A DNA stretch of 64,000 bases from Eledone cirrhosa. Lineage: Eukaryota. Positions within the stretch are counted from its first letter, which is position 1. Each line of letters starts with the position of its first letter. Positions 1-13,490 of this stretch are shown here, one piece after another. The notes under the pieces were generated by a model. The model saw only the letters and a program-made list of their open reading frames with translations, was not told where the DNA came from and did not search any database. The stretch lies in assembly GCA_964016885.1 (NCBI GenBank), contig OZ024742.1, forward strand, positions 106,888,001 through 106,952,000, in the 5' to 3' direction. A program made the position numbers and the translations under genes.

Positions 1-816
1 TAAAATATGCTCCAATCCTCACCCCCTTTGGAATAGTCCCGTAACGGCTAATCGTCTTCACATTATCCGCATCTAATTTGCCGACATTGACAAAATTTTC
101 TTGGTCCGCAGTCTCTTCAGAGTCTTGATTATCTGTCAGTGGCTTGCCCTTCTTAAAACTGGACGACCTGTGGGGTAGAGAAAGGGCAACCTTTGGGTAA
201 ACACCACCATGTCCCGCTGCAGCTTCCATGCTCTCTTCACTGGTGCTCGTCTCTTTGTCTATTTTTGGCCGTTCAGGTCGGTTGTCTGCCGGAATCACAT
301 GGTTCAAATGTCCAGGTGGCGGCCGAGGGGTTTTGTTTCCAAGATCTGAGATTATGTATTTTGATTTATCAATATGGGAACCTTTGAAACTTTCCGTCAT
401 TTGGCGTGGAAAGTTATCATCGGAGTCCTTACTTCCCTGGTACTTATCATTGTCATGGCGTCGGAAGGATTTTGGTGAGCTACCCTTCAGTGACAAATGC
501 TTAGTTTTAGTAAACCGATTGTTGCCAATGTAATTTTCAGGATGGCTCAGTTCTAAAGTGACTTGATGCTCAATTGAGTCTTCGTGAAGGGTTGAGGCCT
601 CAATTTTGGCCTTCTGTTGTTTGATTTTGTTCTTCAGCTCTGACTCCATTTCTGAGGCCGTATCAATTGGTGGACCACGAAATGAAGTTGTTCGCTGAGG
701 TGGAACTGGTGCCGGGCTCTTTTTCCTTGAAGACTTTCTCTGTAGTATCTCCATCTGTCGTTTGTCACAGTCTTCAAGGGGTGGAAGAACACGTCGACCA
801 GCTGGAGGGGTAGCAC
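1..816 (-). CDS. Abl: Abl tyrosine kinase, large C-terminal-region exon (runs off the window's left edge)
   Basis: AG acceptor at 818-817; phase-1 start continues the 3568-3687 exon; open to position 1. Encodes RKKSPAPVPPQRTTSFR (cf. the conserved Abl PxxP/RxxSFR motif) and ISRYGTIPKGVRIGAYF. Confidence 0.9.
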
Positions 817-820
817 CTGC

Positions 821-855
<35 letters not shown>

Positions 856-1959
856 TTGTTTTTACTTTAGGCACAAGGCCAGCAATTTTGGGGGAGGGGA
901 AAGTCAAATCGACTACAGCGTGTTACTGGTACTTTATTCTATCGACCTCACAAGGAATTGAACACAAAACATAAAGGGCCATAACTATATTCTGCAAGGC
1001 ATGGTGCCTGACACTCTATCAATACTGCCAATCCACTGCCCTTAATAATTTCTCCATTCTGAGACAAGGCCAGCAATTTGAAGGGAAGGGGAAATAATGA
1101 TAATAATAATAGATCAAAATTGCTTGAATGTGGTCAATACCAACTAACAGCAAGCTAATTCCAGTTGTCATCAGAGCTTTAGGCTTAATACCACTAAAAC
1201 TAAGAGGGTATATTAAAAAACAGATCTCAAATAAACAAATTGCTCTCTGACAAAAGACTGACCACCACAAGCACCACCAAATGCTATATTGCTTCTCTGC
1301 ACAATCAGTTACACTGTCAACATCAAATCAAAGAACTGCTATGTAGTCCACTAACTTGCTAAACAGAATACTTTGGATCCTTAGATACACTGTATCTAAA
1401 TAAAAGATGGAATAGTCATGGATGGAGTGGAATATAGAGATAAGTAGAGTGTTAGTGAGCGTCGTCCAGAGTAATGGTAAGATAATATTTTAGAGAAGAT
1501 TTCAAGAATTATGTCCCTTGAACTCATAAACACTAAGAGAGGAGTACATCCCGCTTGAGAAATGGAATGGCTAATGAAGAAGGTGTCTAGCTGTTCTGTC
1601 ACAATGCATTCACCTTCTTACCCACAGGATGCAACAGTAACATAACACCTAGATTGGGGTGCCAAGTCTGTTGCTCCCTCCATCTCCATTACTTTATTTA
1701 ATTTTTTGTTCATATTGCAAACATAATTTAATTGAAATGAAAAGCTTCTCATTACTCGTGGCGGGGGGGGAGACTAACAAATATTTGAGAATTTGAAGGC
1801 TTCCATCATCATTTAACTCCTACTTTCCCTGCTAGCAAGAGTTGAATGGATTTTCACACACCAAGTGTGTACTGAAGCAGGGTCACTGATCTCCCAGACA
1901 GGCTGGGGTTCGCATCTTAAATACAGTTCTGCATTGTACTAAGTACACTTTATTGTGGC

Positions 1960-2400
1960 ACCAGCGCCAAAGAGGCTGTCATGTGTCTGACACAACTGGA
2001 GGGTCCTCAAAACCTTTTGTTGGGAAAATTTACTACAGCTGGATGCCCTTCCTATCACCGACCACTTTACTGTGTGTACTAAGTGCGTTTCTCGTGTAGA
2101 TCACCAACACTAAAGAGGTTGTCGTGTCTGACACAACTGAAGGGTCTTCTCAACCCTTTATTTGGCTAGCTTTTCACAGCTGGATGCCCTTCCTGTCACC
2201 AAACACTTTACAGCATATATCGGGTGCATTTCTCATGTAGATTATCAACACAACAGAGGTTGTAGTATCATTGACACAATTGAAAGGTCTCTTTTAGGCA
2301 TCATTTCTACAGCAGGGTGCCTTTCCTGTCATCAACCACCCTTACAGAGTTTACCAGATGCATTTTCGTGTCACCATCTCTTAAGAAGTTGTTGGTCATA
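1960..2400 (-). repeat. Diverged tandem re-duplications (~125 bp) of the RTE LINE 3'UTR
   Basis: Three copies of the motif ctacagctggatgcccttcct...ccactttac, which also occurs in the RTE 3'UTRs at 14.9, 38.7 and 40.2 kb. Confidence 0.65.
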
Positions 2401-3059
2401 GTTTCAATAGTGAGGATATCTAAGGGCTTTAGAGGAGGGAGTAGCTAAGGAGTGGTTCTGGAGGGGTCACGAGTGGTGAGTGCAGCAGTGATGAGGATAA
2501 CTGCTAGGAGTGCTAGTGGAAGAGAAGAGGGACATGGATGGGTCAGGTCATATTATATGGAATTATTCCACTACATTTTGCATTATTGAATCTCATGTTA
2601 GTTAACAGGGCCCTGTACTCCATAATAATTTACATTCAGTAGAGACGGTAATATATAGAGAGGGTGGGGGGCTGCTGTTGTTCAGCCTCAGGTTAAGTCC
2701 TGCCATAGTCAACTTTCTCTTTCATCCATTTGAGGTTGATAAAATACCAGTCCAGTACTGATGTAGATTCTTTCTCTGGAAGAATTTGGCTGGAGAGGGT
2801 AGGGCTCCACCAGGTTTAAGATGCTGCTTAAGACACCATTTGTCAGGACAATGCAGGATTTAACCTTTCTTAAAGGTGTTTTAACAGTGAGATCATATGA
2901 GATCTGAGTCAGTATTACTATGGTAAACATGAGATCAGATGTGCTACATCAGTCTGTGTGGTAAGAGTCTGGAGGCTAGTGATTGGCAATCTAAAAGAGA
3001 CAACATAAAGTCTAAGAGGACACTTCAGTCTGGACAATCATGTGACAACTACTCTAGTG

Positions 3060-3500
3060 TTGGTACTATGATAAAAGACACCCAGTTCACTATGTAAAAT
3101 GGTAGTGCTGATACCATGATAAAATGCACCCAGTCCACTCTGAAAAGCAGTAGTGCAGAAGCCACGATAAAACACATCTCAATTCCACCTCGTAAAGTGG
3201 CAGTGCTGGTTCCACAATAAAACACACCCAGTCCACCCTGTAAAATGGTAGTGCTGGTGATATGATAAAATGCACCCAGTAGACACTGTAAAATGGTAGT
3301 GCTAGTGCCACCAAAAGACGCACCTAGCGCACTCCGTAAGATGGTTGGTTTTAGGAGATGCATCCAGTTGTAGAAACTATGCCAAATATAGAACATATGA
3401 GCAAGATGAGGTCTTCCAACCTATCCAGTCTTAGACCCTGACAACCTGTCCAATTCATGCGAGCATGGAAAGCAAGCCGAAAAAAAGATGATAGGGGTGG
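3060..3500 (+). mobile_element. RTE LINE 3'UTR fragment with ~44-bp internal tandem repeats and (GAT)-type tail
   Basis: Repeated aaaatgcacccagtccactctgtaaaatggtagtgctg units, followed by ttaggagatgcatccagttgtagaa and catgcgagcatggaaa...gatgat. Confidence 0.65.
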
Positions 3501-3567
3501 TAGTTGTGGGGATGGTGATGATCATAATGATGATGTAATTACTTTATGTGTCTGTTGTAAGATTTAC

Positions 3568-3687
3568 CTGTATTAGTTCGACTTTCAACTCCTAGATGTT
3601 CACAACTATCAAGACTTTGAGCTCGTGCTTTCTTAGAAGGCAATCCAGGAGTTCGGCGCTTTTCACTTTCTAATTCTTTTTCAACCT
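3568..3687 (-). CDS. Abl: Abl exon following the kinase domain (EVEKELESEKRRTPGLPSKKARAQSLDSCEHLGVESRTNT)
   Basis: tttcag acceptor, gtaaat donor; 120 bp, phase 1-1; EVEKEL is the conserved post-kinase Abl motif. Confidence 0.9.
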
Positions 3688-5553
3688 CTGAAAGAAAAAA
3701 TGGAATAAATAGTTAAATGTAATTTAATGAAGTCATTTGGTATAAGAGAGTACAGAATTCTAGAAATCAACTATAATAATAGCCAATGTGTATTTTTCTG
3801 TCATGCACTAGAGATGACTGAGAAAGGAAGGGGTGATGACAAACTACAGAAAGCTAGTCTAACATACACTAACTTGTGTATTTATATGTATAGCAAATTG
3901 ACTACACACATTGGCTGCTTATGTGAGTGTTTGTGTGTGTATATATACGTGTGTTTGTATAAATTATGGTTTCTTATACAGCCACAAAGCCAGCAATTTT
4001 TGGGGAGGGGAAAGTTGATTAAATCAACCCCAGTGCATGATTGGTAGTTTATTTTATTGACCCCGTAAGGATGAAAGGCAAAGTTAACCTCTGTGGGATT
4101 TAAACTCAGATCATAAAGGGCTGCAACTCTATGCTGCAAAGTGATCCTCTACCGATACTGCCAATCCACTGGCCTTGTGCTTGTATAAATTATATTTATA
4201 TATAATATTTGTGCGAGTGTATATGTGTTTGTGTGTGTTTATTTAGAAAGATACATAGACAATGGAATTACAAACACACAGGCATATACATATATATAAA
4301 CAGAGAGAGAAAATCATTGTTACATACACACATATATCTATGTGATGACTGAGGAAGGAAGTAGGTGGTGAGAAACTATAGAAGTCCAGGGTTCTAAAAT
4401 TTGTGTGCGTATGTGTAGCGAAATGGCTACACACATTGACTGTGTGTTTGTATCACTTGTGTAAGTGAACGCGAAGGAACCAACCAACAAACAAACATCT
4501 ATTTTATATTATGTATAGATATTACAATTAGCCATCATTTTTGACAGTATGAAGCCAGCTAGTAAAAAAATATAAAGGAAAGTTTGAAATCAAAGTGTTG
4601 TGGTCAGCCACTAAGTTCTCTATCTCAACAACAGCTGTGTCTATTTTTAATACTTCCAGGAAAATATTCATATAAATGTATATTATAAGATGGACCAAAT
4701 GCAGTTTTGTACATCCACTAAGACATGCAGTTTAAATGGGTGCAGAGAAAGCTATGTGAATAAGAATTTCTGTTGCCCAGTTTGGTAACCTCACATGCCC
4801 CATCAGTACTGGCAGCAAAATCAACTGTTGCTACAAACATTTGGATCATGTCTCCAGTTTGAGGATAACTTCCTCCTTTCCTCCCACTAGGTGTGGCTGT
4901 CTAGAGGGCTACCATGAGCACTGCCCTCCATCTTAGCTAGTAATAATAATAATAATAATAATAATAGCAGCAGTAGCAGTGATTTTTAATTTAGACATAA
5001 GGCTTGCAGTTTTGGAGGAGGGGAAAGTCAATTATATCACTTGCAGTACCCTTCAATGGGCTTCTACACAGTCCCCATATACCAAATTTCATTAAGTGAA
5101 CTTTCATCGATGTTATCCCTCTTCTGTATTCAGATACATTTCTAATCATTTTACTTTACTCATGTCTTTGAATTTGAATAGGCTGGGACAAGTATGACAG
5201 ACAAACTGTATAAACTTTTATTAACATGGATGTGATGAGACCCTACAATTTTATACCTGATCAGACAGGAGATGAAGGGTCATTTGAAACATCACTACCC
5301 ATTGAACAAATAAATACCAAGTACAAACAAACACCCAAAATAGTGCCCGAGATTTAATTAAAAGAAATAAGATGTGACCTCCATGCCTTTTCTGTTGGTA
5401 TTACTAAAGAAACTGAAGTGCTGTTAAGTGGAAATTGAAAGCAGGTTGCCAACACAGTTCAACAAGAATTTAGTGTTACAATATGAGACACCTGCCACAA
5501 AAATTAATGGAGCTAATAAAATGGAGAAAGAGCAACGAAGAGTTGAGACCAAC

Positions 5554-5643
5554 CTTCACTTATACTGGATTTTTCAAACATATTTTCTAAAGCATTATGG
5601 ATGTCTTTAAATGTAGGCCTTTCTTTGGCTTCCCACTGCCAAC
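5554..5643 (-). CDS. Abl: Abl kinase C-lobe end (CWQWEAKERPTFKDIHNALENMFEKSSISE)
   Basis: ccag acceptor, gttggt donor; 90 bp, phase 1-1; subdomain XI CW..RPTF. Confidence 0.96.
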
Positions 5644-5989
5644 CTGGATAAAAGATACAGTAAAAATGTTGAAGAAAAAAACATAGTGTTTGTAAACATT
5701 TTTCAAAAGCAGATCAATATTTTATTAATAGCTATAAAATAACTCATTCATAGTTACAATATAGCATTTTGTTATTAGCTAAAAGTACTTAGAAATATCT
5801 AGGCCAAAATCTTTTTTCATTTCAATTCTCACATCTTTCAAATTACAGATGAGAGAATTTTTTCGAATAGCTCATATACAAATATAAAAATTTAGAAAAT
5901 TTTTTGTGGCCAAATTTCTAATGAAATACACTGTACACATGTTTTAATTTTTTAAATAACCAACAATTTGAAGGGGGTGAGTGAAATAC

Positions 5990-6290
5990 CTAACTCTTTC
6001 ATTATTAAGCTGTTGGTTGAAATAATCATCCCATTCTGCGGAAGTAAACTCCTCGTCTGGGATTCCACATACAGCGACACATTCTCTAGCGGCAACCTGG
6101 TGCAGTCTGAGACTAACCCAGGCTCTGCTGCACTTCGGGCTGAGAAGAGTAAACTCTCCAAGTACTGGTTGCTCTCTGACAGGTTTACAGTCAAGCCCCT
6201 AGCAGTGGAGACTTCTGGTGTCCTTGGCCCTAGGGCCACCATAGGCACTGAGCTGGCTAGCCGCAGGTGTGAGCCTTGCGATATGGAATG
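5990..6290 (+). mobile_element. Restriction-like endonuclease fragment of a CRE-clade non-LTR retrotransposon
   Basis: ORF 5968-6324 reads GSKLLVWDSTYSDTFSSGNL...PGSAALRAEKSKLSKY...VKPLAVETSGVLGP, matching the WD.T..DT / AE..K..KY / P.A.ET.G..G pattern of CRE-type RLE domains. Confidence 0.7.
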
Positions 6291-7042
6291 GTTCTTCCAG
6301 CACATCTCCCTCACCATCCTCTGAAATAATTTCTCCATTCTGTCCACTGGGGCTGTCGAGTGGCTAGTGTATGGGACCCCATTTGCTCATAATAGTAAAA
6401 AGATGGGAAGGGCGAGAGAGATGGAGGCGATGACACTGGGAATTTGGCTCCTCTGTATTCAGACCTGGCATACGTGTGTGTGTGTTTGCTTTTATTCATT
6501 TGATAGAAAACGTGTTGCATATATATTTCCATACAAACATAAAAGAGTTATGTTAAGCAAAAATTATAATACAAGAAAAATAACTCTCCCTTAAGTAACG
6601 GTTCTTGCATAAAATGTTGATGAAAGGTTTAGATTTAAATATAAACACAGGCTCTGTATCATAATACCAGAAATAGTGTTTAAAAAGTTTATATCAAAAG
6701 GGTTAAATGTATGAAATATTATTTTTCTCTGCCAGTAGCAATTTAAGAAAATGGTTTATAATTCATATAGCTATAATACATTTTTAAATTTCTAAAATAC
6801 ATCTATTCTGAAGTGCCTAATCCTTTTTGATACCAACTCTGCCAAAAGCCAGCTCTGGTTTCTATTTAAATTAAAATCTTTCAACATAATTTTATACAAG
6901 AATCATATGTTAGGTTGCACTCTTAAAAATGAAATAATAAAATATCTTTAGTAAATCCCTTAAAATTCAACATTAATTAATTGAAACAAATTATATTTTG
7001 TTAGTAATGTGGTCACAGAATAATTAATTCATAATGAATTAC

Positions 7043-7195
7043 ATTTCAGCATAAGCAGATGGACATTAAGTGGACATCCTGCTGGTCGTTCCATACGGTA
7101 ACCACGTTCCAGTAAATGATAGACTTCAGTGAGATCAGCACCAGGGTAAGGGGACATACCATAGGTGGCCAGCTCCCATAGCAACACACCAAATG
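7043..7195 (-). CDS. Abl: Abl kinase exon ([51 protein letters not shown])
   Basis: tttcag acceptor, gtaatt donor; 153 bp, phase 1-1; subdomains IX-X. Not shown in the ORF track. Confidence 0.97.
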
Positions 7196-7339
7196 CTGAA
7201 AATAGAAAAAAAAAACAGAAAATATTTTAAACTGGTGATAGTTATGAAGTGTTAATAATAGTAGTTGTAAAAAAATGGAAGCATGATGATAATGTTGATG
7301 GAGGTGATGGATAAAGATTTTTTTATTTATCATTTTCTT

Positions 7340-8400
7340 CAGCCTCTCTCTGAGCTGTGTATACTTGTTATCTAGTTTCTTTTTTAGCCACCTGGTACCG
7401 GTCTCTGCTACCCCACTTTTCCCAGTCTTTCCATGTCTGACTGTTGGCATTAATGGCTCTATCCACTGTGCTCTCCTCTGTCTGACTGGTGCTTTACTCC
7501 AGCCGCAAGTCTCATCGGTAGTTCACAGAAGGTTGTCACATAAGAATTTCTAGTTGTCCTCTATGTTATATGTATCTTGCTCATCCCCACTCTCATCAAA
7601 TGTATCCTGTAGAGCCTTTCTAAACCTATATTTAACCAAAAGGCCCTTTAGCTTCCAAACTCTTCATCTCAATATTTTCCTGTGTATCTTGTTTTGTCTT
7701 GTGTTTATTTTGATGTCACTAATAATTAACTTGTGTTGGGCAGTCCGTTCTTCCCAAGGGAAGGCTTTAGTGTTTATTATAGTCCATTTATCTCATTGTC
7801 TTACAAGTAACCAACCAATTTGGCTTGTGTATTCGCCTGATTGATATGAGATCAGATGGTTAGCGGGTTTCCTGAAATTTGTGTTGCAAATGGTTAGTTC
7901 AATTGTGTCACAGAATTGCAGGAGCCTCAAACCCTCTTCTTTCCTTAAGCCATAGCCATAGCCACTATGAACTCCAATAAATCCACTCTGGTACTACCCC
8001 ACATGTCCATTGAAGTCGCCTGTCAAGATGATTGAAGTTTCTTTCATCAATACCTCAAGTTGCCTGTAAAAGTTCCTCATAGGTAGATGTAATTGTCACC
8101 ATTCTATTTCCTACAGCTATTCTAAGCTTGATAATTCTATCACTTACTCTACGTACCCATAACACCTTATCCATCCATTTCTCAGCTAGTAAGATGCCTA
8201 CACCTCCTACCCCACTGAGATTTCCTGCCCAGTAGAGTTTATAAGTTGTTTGCCTGTAATTAGTCTCACTGAGGTACCCCTCCATCTTAATTCTTGAACA
8301 CAGCATACATCTACTTTTCTTATCTCTAACAGTTCCACAATTTCACTTGATTTACCTTTTGGGGTGCCAACATTTAGGGTGGCAGTCCTGAGATTTGTAT
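7340..8400 (-). mobile_element. Degenerate RTE LINE, AP-endonuclease region
   Basis: Interrupted frames give TLNVGT...VDVCCVQE, YKLYWAGNLSGVGGVGILLAEKW...VSDRIIKLR, GDFNGHVG and NTNFRK motifs. Confidence 0.85.
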
Positions 8401-9679
8401 TTTATATGAGTCAGGAACTTGAAGTTGAAACGGCAAGAGCTCAGCCATCAGAGTCCCGACTCTTTATAATACATATAAATATTTCACTCTTAGTATTGCC
8501 AACTGTTGAATCTACTTTGTTGAGGATGTCTAATAAGACTGAAACACTACAATATTGCTGTCATCAGTTGACTAAACACCAGATCCACTCCCACCATTAT
8601 TTTCTTTATTTACCCAATTTGTAGGAGTTATCTCCCTTGATTATTTTTTTTTTTTAGATTTTAAACACACCTTCAAAGAGTTTTTATAGATTAATGTCAT
8701 GGGTAACCTCATTTTTTAAAAATACACTATATAACGTATATGGTACCCTATATTAACTGCAGAACACTTCATGAGGTATTTTCCTTCAACCATGTCATTT
8801 TTAAAGCCAAAGTGCTTCATTTTAGAGATTTGTCAGCCATTTTTAGCAGGGTTATGTTGTGGCTATTTTAGTATGTGCAGGCTTTGATGATAGACACCCC
8901 AGTCATAACTATCCCATCCATCGCTCAAGCATTGGATATCTCAGACAACGTTATTCATGTGTTCTCTTTTTGTGGAAAATGCCTTCATTCCTATGTGGCA
9001 TGACACCTGACCACCACTCTCAATGCCTCTCCAGTGTTGGTGCCACAATAAAAAGCAGCCAATCCATGCTGTAAGGGGGGGAGGGTCGATGGAAGTAATG
9101 ATGATGATTATTAATGTATAGTCAAAGGGGGATTTAGCTGCTATTTCTAACAGGACAAGCAACCACAAAAAGGGTGTCAGAATTTCACTGATAGATAAAT
9201 TCTACCACATGAAAATACTACCTAGTTGGTTCAGATGGTTGACATAGTTCTTATGGATATTATGCCATGAAAAAATATCTGCTTTTAAACCAGAGGTCAA
9301 ACTGATATTAACACGTAACATCCTATAATGATTTAGCAGAAAATATCTAAAAGCAGGTTTGTTAATTCAAATGTTTACATACAGTATCTTTACTGGTGGA
9401 GAGGTGATTGCAAACATTTGTAATATTAGAGTCAGAATTTAAATTTTTTATGTGATATAGTCATAGTGTTTTATATTTTTCAAGAATGCATTTCTTATAT
9501 AGTTTCATGCTGTACAGGATATTAAGTGTTCAACAACAATCACTATATATTACTGTCAGGAATACTATGAACATGAGTGAATCTTAAAACCAGAATGACA
9601 GGGCACTGCTGAAATAAAATATGAAAGTGGTTACAAGGATATCTGATGGTGTTGAAGAAATTTAATTCTTAATATTTAC

Positions 9680-9864
9680 CCCAAACGTCAGATTTTGTGG
9701 AAAATTTATTATATGCTAAACCCTCTGGGGCTGTCCATTTGATGGGGAATTTAGCTCCAGCATGGGCTGTGTATGTATCATCTTTCATGAGACGAGCGAG
9801 GCCAAAATCGGCCACTTTCACCAGGTGATTTTCTCCGACCAAACAGTTCCTGGCAGCAAGATCA
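9680..9864 (-). CDS. Abl: Abl kinase catalytic/activation-loop exon ([61 protein letters not shown])
   Basis: gtag acceptor, gtaaat donor; 185 bp; completes HRDLAARN, DFG, and the Abl-diagnostic [17 protein letters not shown]. Confidence 0.98.
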
Positions 9865-10865
9865 CTACAAATAAAATCAAGAAATAATTAACCACGGAAC
9901 ACCTGGATAATGAATGAGAAAAGAGAGGATTATGACAAATAGATTTTCTAGAGGCAGCCTAGTTCTTTAATTCTTTGAATGCCAAATTCATACTGATACA
10001 TCTTTTACCTCCCACCCCATGTATACCAAAGATGTACTGGTACATTCTTTATCCCCCACACTTAGTGCTGCTACTACAATAAAATGTACTCAGTAGAGCA
10101 CAGAATGTATGTAAGAAATGAAGTCCACTCTGTTGTACACATTTAGACCAAGTCAGCCCTTGGTTCCCATACTGCCCACATTTTTGCTGCAAATATTGGC
10201 CTGCAAAATGTTCAAACAGGACATCATTCACATCAATCTCATCAGTCTAATGGGTGCTGTGAAGGTCATGGACACATTCCCTCTTCCATTAATGAACATA
10301 GAAATATAGACACAGGGCACATTAGGTATCTTCTACTATAGCTTCATGCTTGTCAGTGAAATGTGGCAGGTTGAAATTGTAAAGAAGACTGCCATATATA
10401 TACATGTGTCTTTATACCACCTGGTCTAAGAGTAAATTTAACACGTTCACTGTTGCAAACATTCAGACAATATCTCTAATTTTAGGATACCTCCCATCAG
10501 TTTCAGAGGCCCTGAAATTTGTCATGAGTTCTACTCTTTCCTCCTTGACTATGTATGTATGGACCCATAGTAACATACAGCATATCATGGACATTCTAAC
10601 AATGGTAGAGCCCATCCCTTCTCCATTTCTGAATACAGCCTATTTCTTCCAGAGAAAAGGTAAGAGAAAGAAAGAATTGATCCCCAAAGTTGACCTCAGG
10701 GTGCAGAGAACCAGAACAAATACCATGAAGCATTCTAACAACTCTGCCAATTCACTGCTTTCCTCCATGACTAAATAGCAAAAGTAAATAAATAAAGAAA
10801 GTAAAGAAAAAAGAAAGAAAAATTATATTTTAATATATATAAGTGTCATATCTCATGTTTCTTAC

Positions 10866-11043
10866 CGATGAATGTAGTTTTTAGCTTCTAGGTATGCCAT
10901 TCCTGATGAAATTTGTGTTGCCATATACATAAGAACTGTTGGTCCAATATCTTCTCTGTTACTACCACGAAGATAGTCTAATAAATTGCCATGGGTCATA
11001 AATTCAGTAATGATATAAAATGGTGGTTCTCTCGTACACACAC
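10866..11043 (-). CDS. Abl: Abl kinase exon ([25 protein letters not shown]...[10 protein letters not shown])
   Basis: acag acceptor, gtaag donor; 178 bp; contains the gatekeeper Thr (IITEFM). Confidence 0.98.
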
Positions 11044-12334
11044 CTGTTATTAAAAAGATAAACACAAACATTGGAGATACATTAGAAATATTAACAGCAA
11101 TTTCAAATGACGTCCAACTGTAGAAATCATACTAAAACTAGAATATATGTGAGACTTGATCCCCAGCCTTTTTAGGACTGTAGCTCTGATTAAGTCCTGG
11201 CTTGATTTAAGGTGACCTGTCAAACTCATGACAGTATGGAAAATCATTAATTAAATGACAATCACACACACACATATATATAGATAGATATATCATTTTT
11301 ACACTGACTTCTCCATGCTGACATGCATTGGACAAGACTTTTTGAGGCAGTGATTTACCCCCCAGATGTGATTTACTCCCATACTTCTAGCAGGCTGGGC
11401 AACTGCATAGAGGTTTCTCCTCAATAGCTTAGTACTTATTAATTCACTTAGAGAACTGTTAACAATCTTGCATATTAACAAACCACCCCCCACCCCAAAT
11501 TCTTCCTACATGCAGATGAATGGCTATGATAACTATGAAACAGGCAAGCAGAGATTGATAAAAAGCCATAGGATTAGCAAGAAAAATTATTAACGACTAA
11601 GTGGGTTGTTGTAAGATCTGTCGGTAAAATACTGCCTCAAAAAATCCCATCCAACCCATGCCAGCATAGAAAAGTCAACATAAAAACAAGGATAATGATG
11701 ATATACTGTAAGGAAAAAGTTTCAGAAAAAGAACTATTTAACAAGAAAATTACCTTTGTAGATGGGGGGGGGGGGGGGATGAAACGAGACAGAAGAGAAT
11801 GGCAGTAGAACAGGGTTCTCTCCACCCACTACACTTCCTACACAAACACACCCATCACCACAATCACCATACCATTATATCACTCCTCAAGTTTCCAATG
11901 AAATTAATCTAGAAGGAACATATTACAGATGGTAGCTCCCTCCCTAAATATTGTTTGAAAAGGCAATACAGAAATGGAGAGGCAGAGGACAAAACAAACA
12001 TAATAAATAGCACAAAGAGATGAGTTTCACTTCACTAATTTCTCATGCAATGGAACAATGTATAACTAGTACTCTCAAGAAACAATAAGCATCATTATTA
12101 TTATTACAATTTCCATTATTATTATCCCTACTGTTTCCTCTTCAGTGACGCCCTCTTTCTTTACCTTGATGTAAACCTCACCCTGTAAACCCCGTTATAT
12201 TCTTTTGTTTTTGTATCGTCCCCCAACGTCTTGAACTTTGTAGCAAATAAAAGAAACAACAATAATAATAATTATTATCGTCATCATCACGATTATTATT
12301 ATTATTCACCCTGAATTACCATAGTCAAGCTGAC

Positions 12335-12449
12335 CGAGTTAATCTGAATGAGATGCAGTTTGGATTTGTGCCAAGTTAAAGTACCATTGATGCTCTCTCC
12401 CTTGTGAGGCAACTATAGAAGTACCTAGCTAAAAGTAAGTCACTCTACC
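12335..12449 (+). mobile_element. Short RTE reverse-transcriptase fragment
   Basis: Reads [35 protein letters not shown], homologous to [35 protein letters not shown] of the 41.7 kb copy. Confidence 0.85.
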
Positions 12450-13490
12450 CTGACAATGAACAAGTGTGGTCGGTGTTTGCTAGACACATTCTTCCCAGCT
12501 CATCTCCTCGACAGAGCTGCAATCCTGGGTCAAGCTAAGACTGAGAGAAAGCGCTCGGAGACTGGAATGTCTTCAGGTACTCACAGCCCTCGACCAGGCA
12601 GGCACTGCCATTGGTGGAAACGCCACCTTGGCGTTCTATAGAGGGTTAGTGGAGGGAAAGAGCGGCAACATTCTTGGGGAGACTCTTCGGGAGAGCTTTC
12701 GGGCCAGGGTTCATGGACAACTTCCAGAAATTCTTGGCCTGGCAGTGCTACCAAGAAGCTTTGCCAGTTCGGGATAAACTCTACAAGCATGGAGTGCTGT
12801 CAATCAGGCCTGTCTGAGGAGTGCACAGGGCAACAAAACTGTTCTGCACGCACTCGTTGAATGTCCAAGTATTACTGACCTGTGGGTTTATGTTGAGCAC
12901 CTGCTGTCATGTGTAGGATGGATCCGACTATCAACTGAGTCCATTGTGAAGATCACCCCGCTGTCCTCCTTTAGAGGAGAAGGACAACAGGTTTTATCTG
13001 CCTGGTGGCCATGGCAAAAGAGGTCGATGGTGGATGAGTTTGAAAGGGTTGAAGACAGCCATCTTCCTCTTTGGCAAAGCCCTAATTAACTTTTTCAGAT
13101 TTCACTTGAAGAGGAAAATCAGGGTGGAGAAGGAATGTTGCCTTCCAACCAGTTTGTTGAAAGGTGGGTGAGAGTGGCAAGCATGGTCCGTGTGGATGGC
13201 CCTGCCTTGAGCATACGCCTGTAAATTTGAGTTGAAAGACTGGGAGAGGGCATTATGCCCTAGCGGACAGGGTGACCATGGCTTTTGTGGGATTTCTACA
13301 TGAGTGACCCATAGAGACTTCCCACCTTTGGGGAAGTTGTTATGTTTGTTTTAAATATTTATTTTCTTAGTCTCTTTTATAAATTTTATTTTACACAAAA
13401 AAAAACCCACACTGTATCGTTCTGTATCATCTTTAATGTTTCTTTAATGTGAACCCTGTGTGGCTAATAAAGAAATCATTATTATTAGAG
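12450..13490 (+). mobile_element. L1/Tx1-type LINE 3' fragment (RT-associated zinc-binding region, 3'UTR, AATAAA and (ATT)n tail)
   Basis: FQKFLAWQCYQEALPVRDKLYKH...TVLHALVEC resembles the zf-RVT domain; ends ctaataaagaaatcattattatt. Confidence 0.7.

Noticed and set aside
193-533. Plus-strand ORFs 193-387 and 228-533
   Set aside because: Antisense shadows of the Abl C-terminal exon.
3060-3340. CRISPR-like regularly spaced repeats (also at 49720-49930)
   Set aside because: Eukaryotic context; the units are degenerate tandem duplications of an RTE 3'UTR segment with no unique spacers.
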